The notes: generated by a model not told the origin, from the sequence alone. A stretch of DNA of 64,000 nt from Bdellovibrionales bacterium (GCA_041736155.1 JBGSUL010000032.1:16554-80553), one strand, 5' to 3'. Positions 28,501-40,210 are shown, counted from the first letter of the stretch. Numbers and translations: made by a program.

Positions 28501-29025
28501 GGATCTGTGGACGCTGTCGGCTATGAGCTTTATATGGATCTTCTCGACGCCGCCATTCACGAAGCCAAGGGTCAGCCTTTGGTGGAATCCGTGGAGCCCG
28601 AAATCAATCTCAAATTGAAAGCTCTTTTTCCGCACGCATATATGCCTGATATTCGCTTGCGTTTATCTTACTACAAAGTTCTTTCCAATATTCAGTCGGT
28701 GGACGAGATCGATCAGATCGAAGCCACTCTTCGCGATCAATTTGGCCAACCGCCCGAGGAAGTTTTTAATCTCATGGGGCTTATGATGATTCGTTTGTTG
28801 TGCAAACAACTAGGCATCCGTGATGTTTCGAGTGGTACAAATACGATCAGTCTTATTTTTACCGACAAGACGAACCTTCCCATACAAAAGGTCATTGAGC
28901 TTACATCTTTGCCTAATAAAAAATACTCCATTACACCCGACAGCCGCCTTAAGATCCGCATGAATGAAATCACCTGGCAGAATGTCTATGGAGAGCTTGA
29001 ATACCTAGTAAAATTCGCAAAGTAG
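25567..29025 (+). CDS. mfd: Transcription-repair coupling factor Mfd
   Basis: Helicase motifs GDVGFGKTEVA (Walker A) and VIDEEQKFG are present, together with the CarD-like region LREGDPIVHNQHGVALY and the TRG-like region LYQLRGRVGR. The start is taken at MAFLNF (M42 of the track ORF), preceded by GAGG. Confidence 0.95.
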   Translation: MAFLNFDSTLQQNLGAQPLRVISSDPHVSAALLLGQSLSAQKSSHNLVITKDLGSAQKLISYLDLFGSFLNLRPAPVFLLPPHDISPYSGLYSSRPAMLQRLRWLYYASMPPPGAIFIAPLKALAQFTLSQDLLLNSAQFFKKGDSLPENWAFYLSTLGYKSVPVVEDAGTFALRGGILDIFSPAHDLPLRVELFGDQIESLRWFHPQTQTSIEEATEFTLLPAHEILFSEDRILRCCQKLSERESETDITSLQSQIRNQTYFDGIEYLAPLFYKEKTFAIDYLPPNTVVWSPDAIAADAQWTTDFHHLREEYQQYKTHIPTPDELYCSPEALQQKLPTKNKIEFEILDTADGDPRHVLEFSSRNIPPAKTNTFNEKVDFLIQKVEEWKNSRATVFLCGNSETQFKRLELAFQEHQLSLKWIDHKSDLSTLRETQNKNTVYFLHHTFDTSFQSLNEALVFVGVEHFLKKSEARSSSVKATMDQAEALSFSELREGDPIVHNQHGVALYMGLRVMNISGVEAEFLELKFKDNDKLFLPIYRLSQVHKYSGAGNHHILDKLGGKQWEKTKAKVQTRLREVANELVQLYAKRRTLTRPAYEVQTSEMQQFEDAFPYEETADQLRAHEDIKKDLSNERPMDRLICGDVGFGKTEVAMRAAFLVASQRRQVAILAPTTILTFQHMETFKKRFSGWPLKIAVLNRFISTTDVQKILKEVKEGAVDILIGTHRLLSSDVQFTNLGLLVIDEEQKFGVKHKEKIRYMKNTVDTLSMSATPIPRTLNMSLLGLRDLSLINTPPHDRLPTRTFVSKFDMSVIRKNVLSEIKRGGQVFFLHNRVQSIYALADELRENLPGVRMAVAHGQMEEHELEKAIIAFFNKEIDMLVCTTIIESGMDIPNANTMFVDQAQALGLSQLYQLRGRVGRGKQRAFCYLLIPRSGTLDDIAKERLRILQQNSALGSGIQIAQYDLELRGAGTLLGEEQSGSVDAVGYELYMDLLDAAIHEAKGQPLVESVEPEINLKLKALFPHAYMPDIRLRLSYYKVLSNIQSVDEIDQIEATLRDQFGQPPEEVFNLMGLMMIRLLCKQLGIRDVSSGTNTISLIFTDKTNLPIQKVIELTSLPNKKYSITPDSRLKIRMNEITWQNVYGELEYLVKFAK

Positions 29026-29105
29026 ATCCGGGCATATAGTCTAGCTTTGCACTGTTTTTGGTCTCTCGACTACGCCACTCTTCGAGATCTTGTTATTCTG
29101 AGAAT

Positions 29106-30680
29106 ATGTGCCGCCTTTTTTTTCTATTCTGTGTGTTCGGATCTTTTGCAGCTCATGCTGTTTCTATCGATGATCTTACCCTCGAGCAAAAAGTCGGACA
29201 AATGTTCATCTTTGGATTTTCTGGCGACAAAGTTCATAAAAAACTTCGCGCCCATCTCAAACAGCATCAGCCCGGTGCGGTGATTGTCTTTGGACGAAAT
29301 ATTAAAAATCTCACGCAAGTGGCAGAGCTCAATGACGACTTACAAAAAGTTTCTATGAATTATTCGCAAGTTCCATTATTTATTGCTATCGATCAAGAGG
29401 GTGGCGCTGTTTCGCGAATCAAAACCTCTCCTGGTTTACCCAGCGCCTACACCATTGGAAACACCAATGATCCGGCTCTTTCTTTTCAAGCGGGTAAGGT
29501 CACCGGACAAATTCTTGCCGTTCTTGGCTTTAACATGAATTTGGCCCCTGTTTTAGACATTACCGATTCACAGTTGCAATCCTTTATTTCTTCGAGAAGT
29601 TTTTCTGAGTCACCACACAAAGTGAGCTCCATGGGCTTGGCATTCGCACAAGGTCTGCAAGAGAGCCGTGTCCTTCCCGTCGCCAAACATTTTCCAGGTC
29701 ACGGGCCTATTGCATTAGACACTCATCGCACCACTCCTCATAGACAAATCTCTTATCAGTCTCTCCTCAATTCTGACCTAGTTCCCTTCTCCCAATACGC
29801 CAGCTCACAAATTGATGGTGGTATTATGGTGGCTCACATTTCTTTTCCTTTGATTGATTCTTCTCAGCTTCCTGCGACTTATTCCAAACATCTTGTCACC
29901 CAGGTTCTCACCAACGAAATGAAATACACCGGCCTCATCATGACAGATGATATTGAAATGGCGGGAGCAGCTGCATTACCTAAAGTTGAAGAACGCGCAA
30001 TCGCAGCCATACAGGCCGGAAATGATTTAGTGATGCTCGCCTGGTCACCCGAATTACAAGCACGCGCCTTCCAAGCTGTGGTGGAAGCCGTTCGCACAGA
30101 GCAAATTCCCATGGAGCGCATCAATCGCAGTGTAGAAAAAATTCTGAAACTAAAAAAACAATATAGCCCTGTTGCCAGTGCCCCACGCGCGATAGCTTCT
30201 AAAAGCTCGATTAAATCGCAACTGAATAAAATTGAATTTAAAAATATCTATAGTGACATAGTTTCGCGCTTTTTTAAAAGCTTACCGGGCCTGGAAAGAA
30301 CAGAGCGGGTGTTTAACTCTTATGTGGTCGTGAGTAATTCAAAAAATTTCGTCAGCTCCTTCCGTCGATATATAAAAAATCAAAAGACGTATGCTTTTGA
30401 TGATTTCAACAAAATAAAAACGACTCATACGGATTCCCTGATTATTGCTCACATCACCAGCCAAAACCAATTGCGTCTGCTTTTTAATATGTCTGAAGAG
30501 CAAAAGAAAAAAACGGTGGTCGTGAGCTCCTATGCCAAAGCACAGTTTGAAGATCGTTCCTCGTTCTTAGATATCGTTGAAGTCTTTTCCCTTCATCCCA
30601 ACTTAGGTGGTTTTACGGCGGATGCCATCAATCGTGCTTATACGCATGTTTCACTCTTTAATGAGAGTGATTACTTTTAG
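29106..30680 (+). CDS. nagZ: Exported glycoside hydrolase family 3 beta-N-acetylhexosaminidase (NagZ-like) with extra C-terminal domain
   Basis: It has the signal peptide MCRLFFLFCVFGSFAAHA. GH3 motifs are KHFPGHG and GLIMTDDIEM. About 190 additional C-terminal residues have no recognised motif. Confidence 0.82.
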   Translation: MCRLFFLFCVFGSFAAHAVSIDDLTLEQKVGQMFIFGFSGDKVHKKLRAHLKQHQPGAVIVFGRNIKNLTQVAELNDDLQKVSMNYSQVPLFIAIDQEGGAVSRIKTSPGLPSAYTIGNTNDPALSFQAGKVTGQILAVLGFNMNLAPVLDITDSQLQSFISSRSFSESPHKVSSMGLAFAQGLQESRVLPVAKHFPGHGPIALDTHRTTPHRQISYQSLLNSDLVPFSQYASSQIDGGIMVAHISFPLIDSSQLPATYSKHLVTQVLTNEMKYTGLIMTDDIEMAGAAALPKVEERAIAAIQAGNDLVMLAWSPELQARAFQAVVEAVRTEQIPMERINRSVEKILKLKKQYSPVASAPRAIASKSSIKSQLNKIEFKNIYSDIVSRFFKSLPGLERTERVFNSYVVVSNSKNFVSSFRRYIKNQKTYAFDDFNKIKTTHTDSLIIAHITSQNQLRLLFNMSEEQKKKTVVVSSYAKAQFEDRSSFLDIVEVFSLHPNLGGFTADAINRAYTHVSLFNESDYF

Positions 30681-30891
30681 GATTTTCTCTTTTTTGTCGC
30701 GCGTAACGTTTCCAGTAGTAGGCACTGACCACCACATAGGTGATAAATAATAAACCCTCTGGAAATTGGCGTGTTCCTTTTATAAAAAGAAAAGCGGCAT
30801 GGGCAAGAACCACAGCCTGCAAAACAACCACGGTCGCTGTGATTTGAGGATATTGAAAAGCTTTTTTGATTTTTATCCACAGGTTTATCAA
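30658..30891 (-). CDS. Small two-TM membrane protein, hypothetical
   Basis: 77 aa with two hydrophobic segments. Its ATG overlaps the stop of the upstream 174-aa ORF (ATGA), and its 3' end overlaps the convergent nagZ by 23 nt. Confidence 0.5.
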   Translation of the reverse strand: MINLWIKIKKAFQYPQITATVVVLQAVVLAHAAFLFIKGTRQFPEGLLFITYVVVSAYYWKRYARQKRENPKSNHSH

Positions 30892-31412
30892 GAGGTGACT
30901 CTCTCCAAACTCAGACTTCCAAGTACAGGAACAGGAATTTCAATTTTAGAAATACGCCCTTCATTTCTATGCACAATTAATTTTTGGTCTTTTTCTCGAC
31001 GGCGAATTTCCAGAGTTTCTGAGCGGTTTTCGTGAGCTAAATCGAGTGTTATTATTTTAGGACCGATGAGCAAATTCACATTATTTTGCGTCCAGGCGTC
31101 CTCATCCAGGAGAAGAAAGAAACCAATAGGGTCTAAAACTTCTATGTTTGATTCTTTTGTATATATTTGTTCTCTCGCTACTGATTTCCCCAGCGTTCCA
31201 TTTTCGTGAGCGGGTGTATGCTCAGACCACAGTAAAAGATCGTCACGGTAGTCTGTGCTCATCGAGTAAGATTTTTTTAAAATAGGGAGCTTCACCTCGG
31301 CCTCACAAATAATTTTGTAACCTTGCTCGAGTTTTATCTTATGAAAACGAATTTCCGCAAATTGAAAGAGCCCACGATAACGAAACGTTAAGAGTGTTGT
31401 GAGCTCCTGCAT
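30888..31412 (-). CDS. Hypothetical protein, 174 aa, immediately downstream of atpC
   Basis: A long ORF 3 nt downstream of the atpC stop on the same strand. I recognise no motif. Confidence 0.55.
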   Translation of the reverse strand: MQELTTLLTFRYRGLFQFAEIRFHKIKLEQGYKIICEAEVKLPILKKSYSMSTDYRDDLLLWSEHTPAHENGTLGKSVAREQIYTKESNIEVLDPIGFFLLLDEDAWTQNNVNLLIGPKIITLDLAHENRSETLEIRRREKDQKLIVHRNEGRISKIEIPVPVLGSLSLERVTS

Positions 31413-31415
31413 GAA

Positions 31416-31826
31416 TTAATGAATATCTTTTTGCACGGTTTTTATGCGCGCTTCTGCACGCATAAACTTTCTTTGATACTTTTCAAATTCGTCGAAGGTC
31501 ACATTAGCTAACTTCTCAAGAGATTCTGTGCGTGCTTGTTCGGCACGCTTCAAATCAATCTCTCCCGGTGCTTCTGCTGTCTCCGCCAGAATGTTCACTT
31601 GCCCTTCGGGTGTGACTTCGCAGTAACCCCAGCTAATGGCCACAGATTTTAAATCCGCTGCTCCTTCGAGTTTGTATCTAAGTACGCCCTCCGAAAGAGT
31701 AGTAATGAGGGGAGCATGGCCGGGAAGAATTTCTAGTTCGCCGCGAAATGCAGGAACAAAAACCTCTTTCAGGGGAGCACCCTCAACGATTTTTTTCTGT
31801 GGTGTCACTAACGTTAAGCTAAACAT
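31416..31826 (-). CDS. atpC: F1 ATP synthase subunit epsilon
   Basis: 136 aa. LTLVTPQKKIVEG...VPAFRGELEILPGHAPLIT is the epsilon signature. It follows atpD. Confidence 0.93.
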   Translation of the reverse strand: MFSLTLVTPQKKIVEGAPLKEVFVPAFRGELEILPGHAPLITTLSEGVLRYKLEGAADLKSVAISWGYCEVTPEGQVNILAETAEAPGEIDLKRAEQARTESLEKLANVTFDEFEKYQRKFMRAEARIKTVQKDIH

Positions 31827-31835
31827 TCGTCCTCT

Positions 31836-34144
<2,309 letters not shown>

Positions 34145-34153
34145 TGCTCTCTC

Positions 34154-35677
34154 TTATTTTGCTGAAGGTTCAAAAATGGATTTGAACTCTTTCAATGCAT
34201 CTACGAGTTGCGTTTTCATTTCATCGCTAATTTTTTGTTCTTTAACGATCGTCTCAAACATTTTGCTGTATTTTTGTTTCATGAAAGTGAGCATTTCTTT
34301 TTCGTAGCGGCGCATATCTTTTGTTGGGTACGCATCCACATAACCGTTGGTCGCTGCAAAAATAGAAAGAACTTGATCAGTCACTTCGTAAGGCGTGTAT
34401 TGAGATTGCTTGAGAAGCTCAACCAGTCTCTCACCACGCGCTAACTGTGATTTAGACGCCGGATCAAGATCCGATGCAAACGCAGCAAAGGCTTCAAGAT
34501 CGCGATACTGAGCCAAAGAAAGTTTTAATGTTCCTGCAACTTGCTTGACTGCTTTTGTTTGCGCGGCTCCACCCACACGCGACACAGACTTACCCACAGA
34601 AATCGCCGGGCGAATCCCTTTATAGAAGAGATCGGCCTCGAGGAAGATCTGACCATCGGTAATCGAGATCACGTTTGTTGGAATGTACGCAGAAATATCA
34701 CCCGCTTGTGTTTCGATGATTGGCAAAGCTGTTAAAGAACCACCACCATCGGCTGCCGACATTTTTGCTGCGCGCTCAAGAAGGCGTGAGTGAACATAGA
34801 AAACGTCGCCAGGGAAAGCTTCGCGACCTGGAGGACGGCGAAGAAGAAGAGATAACTGACGATACGCTTGAGCTTGTTTAGTTAAATCATCATAAACGAT
34901 CAACGCGTGGCCACCATTATCGCGATAGTACTCAGCCATGGCTGTTCCCGCATAAGGTGCTAAGTATTGAAGGGGAGCAGGAGCACTTGCACCGGCAGCA
35001 ATCACTGTTGTGTACTCAAGGGCGCCAGAAGAACGAAGTTTTTCCACAACCAAAGAAATGGTCGATTGTTTTTGTCCAATGGCTACGTAGAAACATTTAA
35101 CGTTTTTACCTTTTTGATTGATGATCGTATCGATAGCAATGGCTGTCTTACCAGTCTGACGATCACCAATGATTAATTCCCGTTGACCACGTCCGATTGG
35201 AATCATGGAATCAATCGCTTTAATTCCAGTTTGTAGCGGCTCGTGAACAGGTTGTCTTTTCACGATACCTGGAGCTTTAACGTCAATCACACGATTTTCT
35301 TTAGAAACGATGGGACCCTTGCCATCAATCGGGCGGCCAAGAACATCGACAACGCGACCAAGAAGGCCGTCGCCCACAGGGACTTCGACGATGCGTTTCG
35401 TTCTCTTAACGAGATCACCTTCGCGAATCGTTCTATCTTCACCGAAAATAACGATACCGGCAGAATCTTTCTCGAGGTTCAAAACCATTCCTGTGATTTG
35501 CCCTGGGAACTCAACAAGTTCTCCAGCCATGGCAGACTCAAGACCAAATACGCGCGCAACACCATCTCCCACTGAAAGGACAGTTCCTGTCTCGCGAACT
35601 TCAAGTTTATTTGTATAACCTTTGATTTGTTCTTTTAAAATGCGGCTGATTTCATCGGCGCGAATACGTGTTTCCAT
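34154..35677 (-). CDS. atpA: F1 ATP synthase subunit alpha
   Basis: Walker A motif GDRQTGKTA. At 507 aa it has typical alpha subunit length and order. Confidence 0.98.
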   Translation of the reverse strand: METRIRADEISRILKEQIKGYTNKLEVRETGTVLSVGDGVARVFGLESAMAGELVEFPGQITGMVLNLEKDSAGIVIFGEDRTIREGDLVKRTKRIVEVPVGDGLLGRVVDVLGRPIDGKGPIVSKENRVIDVKAPGIVKRQPVHEPLQTGIKAIDSMIPIGRGQRELIIGDRQTGKTAIAIDTIINQKGKNVKCFYVAIGQKQSTISLVVEKLRSSGALEYTTVIAAGASAPAPLQYLAPYAGTAMAEYYRDNGGHALIVYDDLTKQAQAYRQLSLLLRRPPGREAFPGDVFYVHSRLLERAAKMSAADGGGSLTALPIIETQAGDISAYIPTNVISITDGQIFLEADLFYKGIRPAISVGKSVSRVGGAAQTKAVKQVAGTLKLSLAQYRDLEAFAAFASDLDPASKSQLARGERLVELLKQSQYTPYEVTDQVLSIFAATNGYVDAYPTKDMRRYEKEMLTFMKQKYSKMFETIVKEQKISDEMKTQLVDALKEFKSIFEPSAK

Positions 35678-36217
35678 TTAATTTGAACTCCTCTTTAATG
35701 ACTCATTAAGCTTTTGCAAATTTGATTTTAAACTGTCTTCAATAATATAACTGCCCACTCGCGCTTCGATCCCGCCCATGAGGTCGGGGGACGTTTTGTA
35801 ATCGAGTTGCACTTTAAAATTTAATTTTTTTTCTATGGCTTCTTGCAGATTCTTTTTCTCGGTGTCAGTCAGCGCGATCGCCGACACAACTTCACCTTTT
35901 TTCACGCCTTTACCACCCGAACAACTCTCTTTAAATTCTTCGACGATTTGCGAGAGAAACCCAATGCGCCCGTTTCGCGCGAGAAGTTTGATAAAGTCCA
36001 TCAAGTCCGCATCAGCTTTTCCTGCCAGCGCCGCCTCGACAGCCGCTTCTTTTTCTTGTGAAGTAAAAAGGGGAGATTTAAAGAACTGAATTGTTTCAGG
36101 ATCATTAAAGACGGGTGCCAAAGCATCTATTTCATCGACAAAACGAGTGGCTTTTCCTGATTCATTGGCGATTTCATAAAAAGCATTGGCATAAGATTGA
36201 ACAACTTGTGTACTCAT
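35678..36217 (-). CDS. atpH: F1 ATP synthase subunit delta (OSCP)
   Basis: 179 aa. The assignment rests on its position between atpF and atpA, plus a YANAFYEIA-type N-terminus. Confidence 0.88.
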   Translation of the reverse strand: MSTQVVQSYANAFYEIANESGKATRFVDEIDALAPVFNDPETIQFFKSPLFTSQEKEAAVEAALAGKADADLMDFIKLLARNGRIGFLSQIVEEFKESCSGGKGVKKGEVVSAIALTDTEKKNLQEAIEKKLNFKVQLDYKTSPDLMGGIEARVGSYIIEDSLKSNLQKLNESLKRSSN

Positions 36218-36783
36218 ACGGTTGCCCCCTCAATGCGTTTTTGAACCCGTTGATTCAATTTTTGTTTTTCAGCGGCGTCGATAGATTGGAACTGCTGTCC
36301 CGCAGCGGCCACCGATAGTTCGAGAGCTTCTTGGCGAAGTTTTTCGATCATCTTCTGTTGATCCGTTGCCATTTGTGCATCGACATCTTTAGAAATCTTC
36401 ACCGCTTGCATTTTTGATTTTTCAATTTCACTCAGATATAATTTTTCGGCCTCTACCTTGGCCTCTTTAAGGCTTTGTTCGCTAGTTGTTTGCAGCTGTT
36501 GTGAGCGACGAAGGAGATCCGCTTTTTTATTTTCCAATTCCAAGCGCGCTTTTTTGGTTTCTTCCGCCAAACGATGGAACTCCGTCAGACGGGCATCAAA
36601 AACGGCTTTGACTTTATCTTTTCCAAACCAGTAAAGAATGCCGATAAAAATGGTGACATTGATTGCTTGATACCAAACAACCGTAGGGACTCCCGCATCA
36701 TGGCCGCCGCCATGACCACCAGAACTTGCTGACGCCAATTCTATAGACAAATCAGTGAATAAAAGAAGAGCGGTTTCTATCAT
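36214..36783 (-). CDS. atpF: Fo ATP synthase subunit b
   Basis: It has a single N-terminal TM segment followed by a long charged coiled coil. It overlaps both neighbouring genes by 4 nt. Confidence 0.85.
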   Translation of the reverse strand: MIETALLLFTDLSIELASASSGGHGGGHDAGVPTVVWYQAINVTIFIGILYWFGKDKVKAVFDARLTEFHRLAEETKKARLELENKKADLLRRSQQLQTTSEQSLKEAKVEAEKLYLSEIEKSKMQAVKISKDVDAQMATDQQKMIEKLRQEALELSVAAAGQQFQSIDAAEKQKLNQRVQKRIEGATV

Positions 36784-37232
36784 GGTTCTAGCAACCTTTG
36801 TTGAATGGCCTGGCCCAGCTCCGGGACCAAAGTCTTAAGCTGATCTTTTGCGCCGAGGTAGGCGCCCTCAATATCTTTTTTGCCCAAAGCTAGTTTTTCT
36901 TGAGCACCCTTTTGGGCCTCTGAAACTATGACGGCCGTTTCTTTCTGAGCCTTGGAGCGTTTTTCATCAGATGCGATTTTAATTTTTTCGTTGAGAACAC
37001 GGGCCTCTTGTGAAAACTGGCCCTCGAGTTCGTCGATCTCTTGTTGGAGTTCTTTAGCGACTCCGGAACCACCCACTGTTCTTCGGCGACGTTCTTCGTA
37101 CGCCGCAAGGTATGGCGAAAATATAAAATATTTTAAAAAAACAAAGGCCACGATGAAGATCGCAAACTGTGCAAAAACAGTTTCATTGACCCCTAGACCG
37201 GTAAGGATATTTAGAACTGCACCCATTTTCAT
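36780..37232 (-). CDS. atpF2: Fo ATP synthase subunit b' (second b-type subunit)
   Basis: It has a single TM segment (FAQFAIFIVAFVFLKYFIF) followed by a coiled coil. The start is taken at M36 of track ORF 36780..37337, because the upstream part would overlap the bactofilin gene. Confidence 0.8.
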   Translation of the reverse strand: MKMGAVLNILTGLGVNETVFAQFAIFIVAFVFLKYFIFSPYLAAYEERRRRTVGGSGVAKELQQEIDELEGQFSQEARVLNEKIKIASDEKRSKAQKETAVIVSEAQKGAQEKLALGKKDIEGAYLGAKDQLKTLVPELGQAIQQRLLEP

Positions 37233-37266
37233 CCAATTGTAAATAATGATGTTCGGGTATTGAGTA

Positions 37267-37632
37267 TTAGTTACTGGTGCGAGGGTCAAGTTTAAAGTTG
37301 GTCGAGGACGACCCGTCAAAAAGGACGCCCTCTTCAATCTTAAGATTCGGGACCGAAACGGTCCCTTTGAATTTGGCGGGGGCCAGCATGGTCACGCGTT
37401 TTTCAGCCTTCAACTGGCCAAAGAACTGGCCCTTGATTGTGGCTTCTTTCACACAGACATCTCCCTCGACCACCGCGGTCTCATCAATAATTAGGACACC
37501 TTCGGAAATGATTTCCCCTTTGAAGTGCCCACCAATTTTGAGGGCCCCCACAAAAGAAAGTTTTCCTTCAAAGTAAGTTCCTTCTTGGAGATGACCCATT
37601 ACCGGCGTTCGGGAAATTTCTGGTGTGCTCAC
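37267..37632 (-). CDS. Bactofilin family cytoskeletal protein
   Basis: 121 aa with the repetitive beta-helical pattern FEGKLSFVGALKIGGHFKGEIISEGVLIIDETAVVEGDVCVKEATIKGQFFGQL..VTM...KFKGTV, typical of DUF583/bactofilin. Its GTG start overlaps the parB stop (GTGA). Confidence 0.85.
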   Translation of the reverse strand: MSTPEISRTPVMGHLQEGTYFEGKLSFVGALKIGGHFKGEIISEGVLIIDETAVVEGDVCVKEATIKGQFFGQLKAEKRVTMLAPAKFKGTVSVPNLKIEEGVLFDGSSSTNFKLDPRTSN

Positions 37633-38648
37633 ACGGACCCTTTCATTTTATCAATAATGACCGTCAGACCTTCGTCCGAGTAAAACTGCACCATGATTTT
37701 GCCTTTTCCGTTTTCATAATCGATTTTCACTTTGGTACCAAAAACCTTTTGTAGGTCTTCGGCCATCATTTCCACCAGACGATCCGATACCGATTCCTCG
37801 GTTTCTAGGTCAACGGACGTCGGTTTTTTAAGTGTCGCCACTTCTTTTTCCACCGCACGCACGCTCAGACCGCGATCGATGATGTCACGCGCCAGTTGGC
37901 GTTGTAGTTCAAGATTTTCTAAGGATAATAAAGCCTTTGCATGGCCTGCTGTAATTTTTTGTTCACGAATTAATTCACGAACTTCACGCGAAAGGGTCAA
38001 AAGACGGAGAGCATTACTAATTGTGGCTCTCTCTTTGCCCATTTTCTCAGCTAACTCTTGATGAGTATAACTATAGTTGCTGATTAATAGATTATAGGCT
38101 TCTGCTTCTTCAATGGGGTTGAGATTTTCACGCTGAATATTTTCAATTAGCGCCCACTCGAGAACCTTTTTGTTATCAGCTTCTTTAAGAATTACAGGCA
38201 CTTCGTGAAGTCCGGCCACCTGTGCAGCTCGCCATCTTCTTTCGCCGGCGATAATTTCATACTCACCGCTGTCTAACTTACGAGCCACGATGGGTTGTAA
38301 AATTCCCTGTTCTTTAATAGATGCGGCCAATTCACGAATTTTATCAGCATCGAATTCTTTACGTGGCTGATCTTTATTCGGCGCGATTTTTTCAATACCC
38401 ACAGTCCATATTCTTTGCGTCGGCGCCACAATTTCTTGCGGAATCACTGGCGCCATCGGCTGTACTGGAGCCTGAATAATGACCGTCTTAAAATTCTCTT
38501 CTGTTGATTTTGTTTGTACAACGGACTCTACCCCGGTGGCCTCATCGACCATGCCCGTTTCGGTAATTTCATCGGTGAATAAACTTCCCAGGCCGCGACC
38601 CAAACGTTGTTTCTTTTTAAAGTCTTTATTTTTATCAGATTCCAGCAT
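37629..38648 (-). CDS. parB: Chromosome partitioning protein ParB
   Basis: The N-terminal GRGLGSLF, the GERRWRAA box, an HTH region and synteny with parA support the call. Confidence 0.96.
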   Translation of the reverse strand: MLESDKNKDFKKKQRLGRGLGSLFTDEITETGMVDEATGVESVVQTKSTEENFKTVIIQAPVQPMAPVIPQEIVAPTQRIWTVGIEKIAPNKDQPRKEFDADKIRELAASIKEQGILQPIVARKLDSGEYEIIAGERRWRAAQVAGLHEVPVILKEADNKKVLEWALIENIQRENLNPIEEAEAYNLLISNYSYTHQELAEKMGKERATISNALRLLTLSREVRELIREQKITAGHAKALLSLENLELQRQLARDIIDRGLSVRAVEKEVATLKKPTSVDLETEESVSDRLVEMMAEDLQKVFGTKVKIDYENGKGKIMVQFYSDEGLTVIIDKMKGSV

Positions 38649-39444
38649 GGGCTACTTCCTCGTTCTTAATATTCAATTCAGCTTGTGTTCTTTGATCCAA
38701 TTCAGCAGCGAGTTCAAAATATTTTTTTGCGCCCACAGACTTATCGTCATACTCGAATATTGACACGCCGTGGCTTGGAGCCTCGCTCAATCTCACATTT
38801 CGAGGGATCACCGCAGAAAATACTTTGTCTTTAAAATGGGTCTGAATCTCTTGAACCACCTGATGGCTCAAATTGTTTCTGGTATCAAACATCGTCAAAA
38901 GAATCCCTTCGATCTTTAATTGCGGATTCAACTTCTTTTTAATGATCCCCGCTGTATTCAATAGTTGGCTGAGTCCTTCGAGGGCGTAATATTCGCACTG
39001 CAAAGGAACAAGGAATGAATTCGCCGAACACAATGCGTTCACCGTTAAGAGACTCAACGAAGGGGGGCAATCTATAAGGACATAGTCAAAATCGTCTTTA
39101 AGCGTGGAAAGAGCGGTTTTTAACTTAAATTCTCGATTGGCCTCATCAACGAGCTCAATTTCAGCTCCGACAAGGTCAGAATTGGCTGGAATTATATATA
39201 AATTCTCTTTTTTTGTGGGATAGACCGCCTCTTTGGCCTCTATCTCTCCAATTAAGAAATGATATATGTTTTTTTCTTGATATTCGTGTCTTTTAACGCC
39301 GAGACCACTTGAAGCATTCCCTTGCGGATCTAAATCAATTAGAAGAACTTTTCTATTGAGATTTGCTAAAGCAGCGGCCAAATTGACAGAAGTTGTGGTT
39401 TTTCCAACTCCGCCCTTCTGATTCACTATACATATTGTTCTCAT
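38635..39444 (-). CDS. parA: Chromosome partitioning ATPase ParA (Soj)
   Basis: It has the deviant Walker A motif NQKGGVGKTT. The length is 269 aa and the SD GGAGGAG lies upstream. Confidence 0.96.
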   Translation of the reverse strand: MRTICIVNQKGGVGKTTTSVNLAAALANLNRKVLLIDLDPQGNASSGLGVKRHEYQEKNIYHFLIGEIEAKEAVYPTKKENLYIIPANSDLVGAEIELVDEANREFKLKTALSTLKDDFDYVLIDCPPSLSLLTVNALCSANSFLVPLQCEYYALEGLSQLLNTAGIIKKKLNPQLKIEGILLTMFDTRNNLSHQVVQEIQTHFKDKVFSAVIPRNVRLSEAPSHGVSIFEYDDKSVGAKKYFELAAELDQRTQAELNIKNEEVAHAGI

Positions 39445-39465
39445 CTCTCCTCCATGTTGAGAATT

Positions 39466-39624
39466 GGTCTGTTCTTCACTTGCAAAGCCTCTTTTAAGAG
39501 AAATTTTTGCGCTGACTCCGCGTTGCTCGTCGTCTCGTTAGCGCTTTGCTAGCGTTTCCTCCTCGCGCCTCGATTCAACCCAAAACTTTCTCTTAAAAGA
39601 GGCTTTGCAAGTGAAGAACAGACC
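39466..39624. repeat. Perfect 38-bp inverted repeat with 83-nt spacer (159-bp element; MITE-like or giant hairpin)
   Basis: The left arm 39466-39503 (GGTCTGTTCTTCACTTGCAAAGCCTCTTTTAAGAGAAA) is the exact reverse complement of 39587-39624. I checked it base by base. The left arm starts 22 nt upstream of the parA ATG. Confidence 0.9.
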
Positions 39625-39667
39625 TAGGTAATCTCTTTTTTCTAAATATTTCAACTGATAATGCCGA

Positions 39668-39683
39668 TGTTCCACGTGGAACA
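39668..39683. promoter_or_regulatory. parS centromere site 1 (perfect palindrome)
   Basis: TGTTCCACGTGGAACA. The consensus parS is TGTTNCACGTGAAACA. The flanking A and T extend the palindrome to 18 bp. Its last base is the A of the ATG of the 39683 ORF. Confidence 0.85.
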
Positions 39684-40210
39684 TGCGATATTTTTTATTA
39701 TTTTTCATTTTTGCTGTTTGTGGGTGCAAAAAAGAGGTTCTCTCTTTAGCGCCGAGCTTTGATAGCGACAAAATTCACAAAGACTACTCCGCCAAGATAA
39801 AAGAGTTCGAGAGTGAACATGCTGAAATTAAAAAAAGTATCGATGAGGCAAATTCACGTATTCAAGAGGTGGATTTTTCCCCAAAAGTTGCGGAACTGAT
39901 AAAATCGGAAATATATACCCAGGAAAAATACTTACGTATCATTGAACAGGAAATCGCTTTCCTAAAAATCGAAGATAATAATAGAAAGACTGAATACTCC
40001 ACAAAAGAACTCACTCAAGATGGCGTAGACAAAGAATACGAAGAATATCTTTTATCAGAGAAAGCAAATCCAAGAAAATTTATCTGGCGGCTTCGCCCTG
40101 GGCTTGTTCTTCCTCCAAAAGAAGTGGATGGAACAAAAAAGACGGATAGTCATAAAAAAGATGAAAAACATTCTGATAAAAAGCCTGAGGAACACAAGAG
40201 TACTCATTAA
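39683..40210 (+). CDS. Small lipoprotein, hypothetical, with K/E-rich C-terminus
   Basis: MRYFLLFFIFAVCGCKK is a signal peptide with a lipobox-like VCGC. It is the only plus-strand gene in a long minus-strand run. Confidence 0.6.
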   Translation: MRYFLLFFIFAVCGCKKEVLSLAPSFDSDKIHKDYSAKIKEFESEHAEIKKSIDEANSRIQEVDFSPKVAELIKSEIYTQEKYLRIIEQEIAFLKIEDNNRKTEYSTKELTQDGVDKEYEEYLLSEKANPRKFIWRLRPGLVLPPKEVDGTKKTDSHKKDEKHSDKKPEEHKSTH

